This document shows positions 50,386 through 64,000 of a stretch of 64,000 nt of DNA, one piece after another (positions within the stretch are counted from its first letter, which is position 1; every line of letters begins with the position of its first letter). The notes under the pieces were generated by a model. It had not been told where the DNA came from. It did no database searches and was given only the letters and a program-made list of their open reading frames with translations. This DNA is from the human T2T-CHM13v2.0 reference genome, Homo sapiens, in the NCBI RefSeq assembly GCF_009914755.1, contig NC_060941.1. The stretch is one strand, 5' to 3'. A program made the position numbers and the translations under genes.

Positions 50386-51609
50386 CTAAGAAAAAAAGAA
50401 TGTCTAAGTGGAAGGATGAAGGTTGTCTTTTTTCTTAAAAGTCACATGGCAGGCGCAGGCTGACAACAGGTGGCGAGAAACAGCACAGGGTGGGAAGTGC
50501 AGAAGGGCAGGCACTGGCCACGTAGGCTGGGGACAGCTGATTCAGGGTGAAAATGAAAGACAAAGAGCAGCTGTGCTTTGTGCTGAAAGGAAGCTAGGGG
50601 GTTTTTGCAGCAGGGCAGGCATCGGGGCGAGAAGTCCTTTCCCAGTCAGTAGTGCTGGTGCTGGGCTGGGGACGCGATTGCTGCATAGCTGTGAGTCTGC
50701 CTCAGCACCGCTCTGTGCATCGCAGCTCTGCCTCCCTCTCAAGGTGCCAACTCAGTCTCCGTCGTGTGGCTCCCAGATGGTCCCCATTTCAATGCTGAGC
50801 CCAGCTGTTGCAGCAGCCTGTTAAGAAGAAGGGCATTTTGGGGCTTGCTGTGTTGTTTTTAAAAAACCCTGTGAAGAAGGCTGTATTTCCCCATATTTTA
50901 TAGATAAGGAAACTGAGGCTAGATAAATTTTTAAGGCGGTACAGTTAGAACGTGGCAAAGCCAGCATAGAGCCAGCTGCTAGTGCTTTAAAAACTTGAAT
51001 TTTTACCCCAGGTTCTAAAAGCAATATATCCTTATAATGAAAAATATACAAACTAATAAAATAACAAAATGAAAGTCACCCATAACCCTCTACCTAGAGA
51101 TGAATAAAAGTTGTGTATATTTCCTTCTAGTCTTTTTAATTAATTCCTCTGCATATTATTTTTACTTATTTATAAAAGTGCAATTATATTATAAAAACCA
51201 TTGCAAAAATCTTCGCTTCATGTGATGGACGATTTCTCTCAGGCATTTTTATATTCCTGAGAAACTCATTTTATTTGTTACATAGCAATACATCATAGGG
51301 CTACACCATAATTTATTTGGTCTTTTTTCTACTCTTGGACGTTTAGGTTTCTTCCCACTTTGGGGGCTTAGTGGATAATTTAAGAAATGTTTTTTTAACT
51401 GTGCGTGCCCTGGTACTAAATTTTGTAATTTCAAAGAGAGGTCAGCGTAGACACATAGAGTCAATGAGAAAAAATATACATGGAAAACCATTATGCCAGG
51501 TAACGTATTCACAGATCAAAGAACCAGGAGGTGATAGGAGAAAATGAGATGAATGCAACTCGGTGGGATTCCGCAAAGTTCCATGGAGTAAATGACATTT
51601 GATTTAAAA

Positions 51610-51873
51610 TAGGGGTCAGGAAACTTTTTCTATAAAGAGTCATATTGCAAATATTTGAGATTCTGCACACTCTATAGTCTCTGTTGCAAGTATTCAAGTC
51701 TGTCATTGTCATATGGGGCCTAGTGTGCCCACCCTATTGAAATCACCCCGAAAAGCAGCCATAGACAATACAGAAAGAAATGTACAAGTATGTCTATGTT
51801 CCAATAAAACTTTATTTTCAAAAACAGGCAATGGGCTAGATATAGCCCACAAGCTATAGTTTGCTGATCCCTG
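51610..51873. mobile_element. MER58A-like hAT-Charlie fossil carrying a ~35-bp foreign insert
   Basis: TIRs 'aggggtcaggaaact' / 'agtttgctgatccctg'; body 'aaagcagccatagacaat...tgttccaataaaactttattt'. Confidence 0.8.
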
Positions 51874-52528
51874 ATTTGCACACCCAAAGTAGAGATAGGT
51901 TTTGTTACGACCTTATCAGAGGGAGAAGGACTGTAGGGAAAGTTAGATATTTTATGGTTGGCTGGTATAGGTTGTGGCCAAACCATATGGGGTCTGAGAG
52001 CCAGGTTGTGGGATGCCAAAAGTCTATGAACTTTCTGTAGCAGACACAGGATCCATTAATTTCTATGGAAACATTTTCAAGTATCGGGGACCCATAATGT
52101 TCCCAGAATGATTAGCATCTCTGAGAAATTATGGGAAGGAATCCTAGAAACCTAGAAAGACTGATTTTGACTTACCTACTTTATTTTCTTGCTTTTCTTC
52201 ATTAGCATCTTATAATTCACTCAGCTTGTCTATCTAGAGGTCAAAACTTATCCAGTTAGAAGAAACGGGGTTGGGGCAACAGTGGGAGGGGAAGGAGCTG
52301 TTTGCTGGCTGCCTCTCATCGGACTGTGAATCTCAGTGCCTGTGATGGAGTAAAGTGAGAGCAGCTGGCCACCCAGGTGTGTGAAGTCAGCCAGCTCCCT
52401 GGGCTGAAGAACAGGCCTCCTTCTGCGTAAGGCTCTAAATGTCTCTCTCCAACTGGACTGTCTGCACATGCAGCCAATATACGGCCTTCAGTTCCTTCTC
52501 TCCCCACAAACCTCATCCTGGTCTAAGA

Positions 52529-52728
52529 CAATGGCTCTTAGACCAAGATGAAGTTTCATCTCCCAACAAGTAGCATTTGCATCACTTGGGAACTTGTTAG
52601 AAATGCCAAAATCTCAAGCCCCAACCCAGACCTACTGATCAGAAACTCAGGAGTGTAAGAACCAGCAACCTATATTTTAACAAGACCTCCAGAGGATGGT
52701 GATACACACTGTATTTTGAGAACCACTG
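52529..52728. mobile_element. MER5A-like DNA transposon
   Basis: 'gcatcacttgggaacttgttagaaatgc...cccagacctactgatcagaaactc...ttgagaaccactg'. Confidence 0.75.
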
Positions 52729-53258
52729 GCTAGGATCTCTGTGCTGCCATTAGAGCTCTATCCCAAGGGGCTAGGCACTGAACTAATGAACATTGCATGC
52801 AATGTAATTCTAACGATCCCCAAATCTAGTTATTATTGCCCTTTAACAAATACAGGCACCGAGGCTCTGACATGTTAAGAAATTTGATCTGAACCTGGGT
52901 CATTTTTATTCCAAACCCCACATTATTGACCATTCTGCTCTAGCACCCTCTCTCTATGCATAGGGCTAGGAGGTCTGTCTTTACAAGTGTACTTTTCCAA
53001 AGACTGTCATGATTTATTTTCTTAATAACATTCACTGACCACCTCTCCCATGCCAGGCCCTATCCCAAAGTATAGCGTTTATTGTTAAGCTCCATTCTAG
53101 TCCAAACCCTGCGAGTAGGTAATTTGCTTTAGCCCCTACAGAGCAGAAAACACGCTTAGGAAGGCAGCATTACGTGTTTCAGGGCCACTGTAGCTCTGAG
53201 CATTATAAAGTTTCAAATGTGGGTGCCTTGCTGGCCCAAGTAATCAGAGTGTGGCTTT

Positions 53259-53577
53259 TTTCTTTCTTTCTTTCTTTTTTTTTTTTTTTTTTTTTTGAGA
53301 CAGAGTCTCCCTCAGCCACCCAGGCTGCAATGCAGTGACGCGATCTCGGCTCACCACAAACACCATCTCCAGGGTTCAAGTGATTCTCCTGTCTCAGCCC
53401 CCTGAGTAGTTGGGATTACAGGCACCTGCCATCACGCCTGGCTAATTTTTGTATTTTAGTAGAGACAGGGTTTCACCATGTTGGCCAAGCTGGTCTTGAA
53501 CTCCTGACCTCAGGTGATCTGCCCACCTCGGTCTCCCAAAGTGCTGGGATTACAGGCGTGAGCCACCGCGCCCGGCC
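53259..53577 (-). mobile_element. AluS (Sx/Sz-like)
   Basis: Full dimer; perfect 13-bp TSD agagtgtggcttt (53246-53258 / 53578-53590) at a TTT/AA endonuclease-type site. Confidence 0.96.
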
Positions 53578-54149
53578 AGAGTGTGGCTTTAAAGTGAGGA
53601 AGAAGCTGCTCTGGGAATGGACCGTGTGCTTGTGAGAGAGGAGAAGTCAGCACCCTGAGCAGAGCTTCATAGGCTCGGTGAGCCTAAATGTGGAAGGTCT
53701 GGGCATCCAGCTGATTGAAACTCAGGTGGCCTGTGTGTCACAAGCTCTGATGCAGACTCCCAAGACCTCCCATGGCTCTGACGCAGATCATAGAAAAAGC
53801 CCTTTCCCAATGTCCCAGGTTTGAGATCAGTTTCTTCCACAAAATTAGCTGTGTGGCCATGGATAAGTCACTGGCCCTTTCCGAGACACAGTTTCCCCAT
53901 TGGTACTAGACTCAATCAGTGGGTTTCAAACACTTTTTAAGTTGCAGAAAGCTTTATCTAAATAATATCTGACACCAGATTCCAACACATTAAATAGATA
54001 ATAAAGGTAGTTGCTCTAGTTAATTGGAGGAAGGGAAGGGAGGAAGTGAGGAGCTGAAAACCATTAGCCTTTCCTGACTCCCTGCAGTACATATGGCACC
54101 ACATGAAGAAGAAGCTACAACAGCCCACCCAATCTAGCCCCCATCACCA

Positions 54150-55085
<936 letters not shown>

Positions 55086-57499
55086 TTATGAAGAATGGAG
55101 CTTTGAGGGCTCTCATTGTTCATAATTTGTCTTCCCATGTGGTCGCCCAACCTAATATGTGCTTCCACTGTCCTGAAACTCATTCATTTTGTCTGGTGCA
55201 GAGCTAGAGCCCTAAGGGCACCAAAACCCAGCTGGTCTTTCTGACTCCATGAGGCTCAGAGCAAAGCCACTTGCTTGCTTCACACCTTCAACAACCTTGT
55301 ATTATAGTCAGAGAGTGAGACAGGAAGAGTGGGAAGGGCACAGAAGCAGGGCTGGAAAAGCAAGAAGGAAGGAGGAGGGAGGAGAGGGCAGGCAGTACTA
55401 TTGTGGGTGGCTTAGCGCAACACAAGATCAGCACCTGCCATGGGCCAGTTCTGCAGCTGGCCATTTCTCACGGGCTGTCTCATCTAGCCTCCTGAAAACA
55501 CCATATATTGCAGGTGATAACTAAGGAGGTGAACCCCAGAGAAGTGATGTAATTTGCCCAAGATGGTCCTGTGAGTAAGGGAGTACCTGGGATTCGGATC
55601 CAGGCCATCTGGCTCCAGAGCCTCCTCTTTCCTCTCTACCGGTATTACCCACAGAGCCACAGTGGAGACGTGATGAGTCTTTCTCAGGGAGATGGGAAAG
55701 AGGCCAGGAATCCACTGTGTGTAGCTGTGCTTTCTCTGCCTCATTCCTCTCCTGCAGCCACATGCTCTGGTCTGCAGTTCAGGGACCTCTGGCCCTGGGC
55801 TCCTCTCCTGTGATCGAGCCCCGGGAGGCAGCTGCGCTCATGGTCCTTGTGATCACAGTTCCTGCAATAACCTAGGAGAATGTTTGCCCACGTCATACCC
55901 TCTCCCTTTGGTGTCCGCGGAGGCTGTGAAGCCAGCAACACGACGTTTTGTCTGGCTAAGCTTTGGGGCTGATTGAAAGTCTTCAGAACCTGCACTCCTC
56001 CGGTGCTGCTCTTCCTGGAAACGGTTACCATGGAACACAGCCACGATGCAGCCTTCACTGTCAGAATTAATGAAAGTCAGAAAGCTATTAGGGGAAGGAT
56101 TTTTTTCCTCCCTCCCTCTTGCACATAATTCTACTCTTCAGTGAGGTGTTTGCATGTCTGCCCTGCTTGTGAGATGTTAATTGCGTCCTCATTGAAATTC
56201 CTTGCCCACTGCCATCACCTCCTTTTGAGCTCCAGCCCCTGAAGCTGGCCTTTTTGAGATAATGAAGCTAAGTGCCCAGAGAGAGTGCGTCCCAGCCTCT
56301 CTGAAGAAGCATGCATCTTATCAGGCCACATCACAGCCGAAAAGCATTGTGTGGCTCCCAGCGACCCCAGAACATGGCACTCAAAGACTCTCAAAACCAG
56401 GTTGCAGTTGCACTTTGCAGGCTTCCTCCTTCCTCCAGGACATCCTGGGTTAAAGTTATAGAGGGCCAGCTCTACTCTCTGATGACATCTTCACATCTCT
56501 GTGCCTCTTAGGCCCCTACAGCTTCTGTCCAGAATGCCCTCCTCCTGGCCTCTCCGTTTCACCAGCTCTCAGTGTTCAGCTACACTGGCCATCTTCTCAG
56601 TAAAACCCTCCATCCCTAGAGAAGCATAGGTCCAGGTATACCTATGGCTCCTCCCTGTTCCCCAGGTCACATGTCTCATCACAACTATTTGCTGCAAACC
56701 TGCCTTTCTCTCTAAACAGTGAGTTTCTTCAGAGCAGAGGTAGGCTCTGATTCATCCTTCAATTCCCAGAGCCTAGCACTGTACCTGGCACTTCACAGAT
56801 GCCCCATAATGCCACTGCTTCCTTGCTCCTACTCCACCTGTTAATAGAAGGAAAGTAAACACAGCTGAGCCCATGAGGGGGCGAAAGAACATAGCGAATA
56901 TAACGATGGATTGCTGTGTAGACTCTACCCACTCTCTACTGCCCAACCCACCGCAGAGGCACTGAAAAAGAAAAGCCAGGTCTGGGGCCCTAGGAGCTCA
57001 TTCTGGCTGGTATTTATAGCAAGGTAATTAGCTCCCTTCCCTAGCACCCCCGGAAGTGCTGGGAGACAATCTAGAAGCAGCAATGAGGAAAGCAACATAA
57101 AGGGATTGCCATAGAAACATGGGGATGGGGCTGGGGGCACTTGGGGGAAACAGAAGCAGCCCCCAGCACTTTCTGTGTTTCTCACCCGTAAGTGCAGGAG
57201 CTCAGTCCTGAAAGGAAGATTTCCCAGGGGCGGTCTCTGGGCTCTTCTTTCTGTGGCCAAAGGCACCCCTCCTCCACTCAGCCCAGGCTTGAAAGGCACT
57301 ATCTGGTCCCACCACAGCAGACCCTGGGTCTGCAAGAGATTCTACATCATGGAGCAGAAAAAGTCCCCCAAGTTCTCCTACCTTGGACTCCTGGAGAAGC
57401 TTATCCTCACCCAGATAACTGAAACTTCCCTGCCAGAGCTGGAGAAGGCTGGAGGCAATTTTCCTTCCTAGTAGTGACGCAAGGGAGTTATGACAGTGG

Positions 57500-58160
57500 A
57501 TTGGATCCTTTCCATCTTGGTGCCCCTCACCTGGACTCTTGCAATCATGGTCTAACTGCTCATTCTGTCTCTGTTCTCACCTCTGTTCAGTTGAATCTCC
57601 ACATTTCCACCAGAGTGATACTTCTAAAATGCAATTCTGATCATGTTATTTTCCTGCTCAAAATTCTTCAGCAGCTCCCCACAGTTTTCAGGATAGAAAT
57701 TCTTATAATTTTGCATGGAATGCAGGCTCCATCACGCTTTGCCTCTCTGGCCACTGCCCACTCCCTCCCCCCAGTATGAAGCCCATGCAATTTTCATCTC
57801 AGTCATACTAATCAATGTGTGGTTTTCCAAACTCATCTCTCTCTTGCCTTGGGGACTTTGTCCATGCTGTTCTCACTCCCTCCCCTTCAGACTCCTCCTC
57901 ACCTTTTAAGTCTCTGCTCTAGGACTATATCCTTTCAGGGAAGGCTTCTCAACCTCCCAGGTAGACCAGGTACCTCACTTGTTGCTCCATTGGAACTTCT
58001 GTGTTCCCACCTAGTGAATCTCAAGGCAAGTCAGAATCACTGGATTTCCTGATGGCCTCTCCAACTGTATGTCAAGTCCTTGTAGGCAGGGCCATATTTT
58101 CTTGATTTCTGTACCCTAATACCTAACACAGGACTGACACCCAAATAGGTGATTTAAATG
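57500..58160 (+). mobile_element. L2 fragment
   Basis: 'ccagagtgatacttctaaaatgcaattctgatcatgtt...cctgctcaaaattcttcagcagctccc'. Confidence 0.65.
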
Positions 58161-58162
58161 TC

Positions 58163-58250
58163 ATAGGGTTGGCACTAGAATGAGGTGAGTGAGCCACCCA
58201 GGGTGCAGAATTTAAGGAAATGCTCTCAAATTTGTGCAAGACAGGCTGGC
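58163..58250. mobile_element. MER91-like hAT-Tip100 fragment
   Basis: 'agggttggcactagaatgaggtgagtgagccacccagggtgcagaatttaagg'. Confidence 0.5.
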
Positions 58251-59941
58251 ATGAATTGTCATAAGGGGATTTTCACCCTTGCTGTTTTGCTTGTCAGGTC
58301 ACAGCAAGTCCTGGGTAGGTGAAAGGGCATCAACGATTTGGGAGATGGATAGAGGAGGCTGCACTTTTCTGGAAGACCTTGACCTTCTAGCTCCATGCAA
58401 CACTAAAAAGCATCTTCCACTTTACCGGAATTTCTATGGAAATCTCCAACTTCTTGCATGTAGGGTAAGATAGGGAAGATGTATCCCCACTTAAATGCAG
58501 TATCATGAACTCCTGAGCTGATGGCTTCTACACTTAGCTAAAGTGGACTCTATGAATACTGTCTGTGTCTACCATGGATTGCTATATTCAAGAGCTATCC
58601 ACCTAGCTTTCTGTAATATGCAAAGATAGTTTCTAAAAGGGACCATTAATAGCCTCTTGAAAGGAAAAGAAAATACCACCAAAACTATGATGCACTGCCA
58701 GGGACATCACATAAAACCACTCAGATTCCTCATAACACAACTCCAGGGAGCACCTTCATATAGGTTGCAATGTCAATTGTGCCCCTGGATTTGTGCAATG
58801 TGGTGGCCATTTCCCCATGATCTCTCAGCTATACATGAACTCAGCCCAGCTTCCCTGGCACTAAATTCAAAACACTCAAAAACATCCTTACCACCATCCA
58901 CAGTGAATGAGAAAGGGGAACAAACTTAGAGCTGGTGAGCTGGATCCAGACTCCACAAATGGTCAGCTTCTCTCACTTTCCAACTGGATGACCTTAAACC
59001 AAATCTCTTTAATCTGCTCTGTGAATGTGAGGCCCCATGTTGGGCTCACAAAAGAACATTAGCCTGAGAGGTACCTGCAGAGGGAAGGATGGGCAGCCCC
59101 TCTAAAGTAGGCTAGGTGAAGGGAGAGTCTTGCCTCATGGGAGGCAGAAGGAGATTATGAGGGTTAACAAATGTGTCAGAGAACCCGGGCACCTTAGGTT
59201 CATTTACTTTGATCCCTTCAGTTTTCAGACATAGGAACTGAACGGAGCAATCAAGACAGTCCTGCCCAATATCATTGAATGAATTAGCAGCAAGGAAAGG
59301 TCCAATATTGCCAGGCCAGGGCTTATTCAGACACATAGTTGCTTTATTTTAGTGATGGAGTGGGTCTGGCTGACAGCTTTTGTAGATCTTTATTCAGAGT
59401 CAGCTGGAAAAATTAGTCCCTGCTCATTGAAGATCCTCCCATTCCCAGAGTGAAGACTCCCTTCTTCTAAAAATGGGCCAAGAGACAAGGAATAAAGTAC
59501 CTAGTAAGGCTTTGCCAAGCAGCCTCTATTGGCATCTATCTGAATCGCTGGCTTATAGCCCATGAAGAGATGCATACTTTCTGGAGTCAAGCTTCCCTAA
59601 GTGAGCTCCAGGGGCCAATTGCACTGAAACCCCCTGGGGCTTATTAAAATCTGGCTTTCATAGATGCACCCCAGATCTACTAAATTAGAGCCTAGGGGTG
59701 GGAGGATACCATTAACAAACTCCACATGGGATTTTGGCACACAATAAAGTTTGAGAACCAACACCCAGACATTATAGTGGTAAGAAGGAACCTAATGGGT
59801 ATCAGATATCTACTTTGCTAGGCACTAGATAGATAGATATCCTTAGAAGTGATAGAAAAGGCAGAAACAAGACATTATTTCTTTGCCACACTTAGGGAAG
59901 CTTTGCACCAGAGGGTACGCATCTCCTCCTTGGTTCTACAC

Positions 59942-59975
59942 CAGCAATTCAGGTAGATGCCACCAGATGGTGCTG
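59942..59975 (+). promoter_or_regulatory. Candidate CTCF binding site (core plus upstream motif)
   Basis: Core tgCCACCAGATGGTGCtg at 59958-59975; GCAATTC begins 16 nt before the core CCACC. Confidence 0.55.
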
Positions 59976-61510
59976 GAAAGAGCTTTCCCCAGCACAGGAA
60001 ATTAAGACAATATTATTGGGCCCTTGGGTCATTGGATAGCGCTGAGAACAGCATCTAGAACCCACCACCTCAAAATCCTTCTCAAAGGGAGGGAATGCAT
60101 CCTTGAACTTTCACTCAAGTTCGTACTCTCAGCCCTTAAGGCTCTGCACAGAATTTCACAAATTATAATTTGCTCTATCTTTTCCCACCTAAATTTTACC
60201 CTCTCTTCTCAAAACTTCTTCTGTCTTAACACTCCTGCTACATTCTTGGCTCTCCCACTTACTGGTTATATGAACTCTGACAATTTGTTTTATCTCTATA
60301 AGCCTCAGTATTTTTATATATAAATTGGAGATAATAGTTTCAGAGTAGTAGTAAGTATTAGAGATAATTGTAGCTCAATAAATGTTTAGTCTCTTCTGTA
60401 CTTAACCCCATTTTCAGAACGACAAGCCCCTGTTTAAGAAACCCCAGTGGCTTTCTGGTCTCATTTGCTTCTCCATGACCCAAACTCTCCGATTTAAGTT
60501 CTCATCACACCTCATTCATGTCTGCTCCTGGTCCTTTGCTCATGCTGTATCTTCTACCTAGGATGCCCTCATACTTTCATCCACGAATACAAATCCCAGC
60601 ATGCTTAAAGGTCTTTCTCAAGTTCTTCCTGCTGCTTCAGGAAGCCTTCTCAAAGTCCAGGCCAACAGACTCTTCTGTCCCCTCTGCTCCTTCAGGCACT
60701 CTCTCTGAATGCTCCACTCTACCTCCTGGAGATGAGAACACTAGAGTCATGGAAGTCAGTGATCTCTAGGTATTGGAATTTTATGTACAGAATTTTTTAT
60801 TTTTTTGAGGACCAGCACCAGGCCACCACCTTTTATTTTGCCAGGTGAGAATATACTATTAAATCTTGTATTCTAGTATTACCATCGTATCACAAAACTG
60901 TGACATTTTAGTAAAATAAAAGTTACAAAGGGAAAAAAATCTCATACAAAAGCATTGTCCTTTAAACGGAATAAACTCCACTTCCTAAAATGCTCACTGC
61001 ATTGCCTGTTTTTTGCTCCTTTTGCCTTGGACTGATAAAAATACTACCAAAGGCCAGCTTCTGCAAAAATGCGGGGGAGTCCCCAGTCCACTCAATCACC
61101 TGTCCCCGCCCCCTGGCAACATAATGACAACCTCCACAACAGTTTCCACTTACTGAACACTTGCTATGTGCTAGACCCTGTGCTAGGTACTTCATGCATT
61201 ACCTTACTAAATCCTTTTGCACAACCTCTGAAAAATAGATCATTACTGCTACCACTTTTAAGTTGAGGCTTAGAAAATTTAAGTAACCAGTCCAGGTCAC
61301 CGTGATGGTAAAGTAGTTGAGTTATGCTTACAGTAAAAGACAGTTTGACCCCAAAATCTGTGCTCCTTCTTCTGCTTCATTTCTTGTCTCCTACAATGGG
61401 AAGAAGTTTTTGAATGCAGGAGCATAAGGAGATATGCTTCTCTTTCTTTGTATAGTCCATACTCACAGCATGCATTTATTTGTTCTTGTTTTTTTTTCCT
61501 TTGCATGCTA

Positions 61511-64000
<2,490 letters not shown>

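Noticed and set aside
53647-53667. REST/NRSE-like sequence gtcagcaccctgagcagagct
   Set aside because: The right half-site lacks the GGACAG core; too weak to call

Overview
Primate (human-like) repeat-rich intronic or intergenic DNA. I could not identify any spliced host-gene exon. Main contents: (1) a full-length but disrupted L1PA4-like LINE-1 on + (~8877-15070); (2) about 110 bp downstream on the opposite strand, a full-length processed retrocopy of TLK2 (15188-18999, minus) with poly(A), an 8-bp TSD, a CpG-rich 5' leader and only one disabling lesion, a 1-bp deletion; it is probably TLK2P1, though the sequence alone cannot separate it from TLK2P2; (3) a full-length decayed L1PB1-like element (~37471-44026, +); (4) the 3' part of a younger L1PA2/3-like element on minus (61511 to window end); (5) six Alu loci plus MaLR LTRs, hAT transposon fossils and L2/MIR/L1M remnants. 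The most striking observation is that the two inverted L1PA elements of different subfamilies share a 555-bp tract with only 2 mismatches, including the same private 22-bp duplication and 3-bp deletion. This points to ectopic gene conversion across ~48 kb and marks a candidate inversion substrate enclosing the TLK2 retrocopy. Also seen: two short locally templated insertions, a fold-back hairpin, a three-arm Alu and a good CTCF motif. Repeat subfamily calls and comparisons to TLK2 rely on recalled consensus/reference sequences and need RepeatMasker or alignment confirmation.
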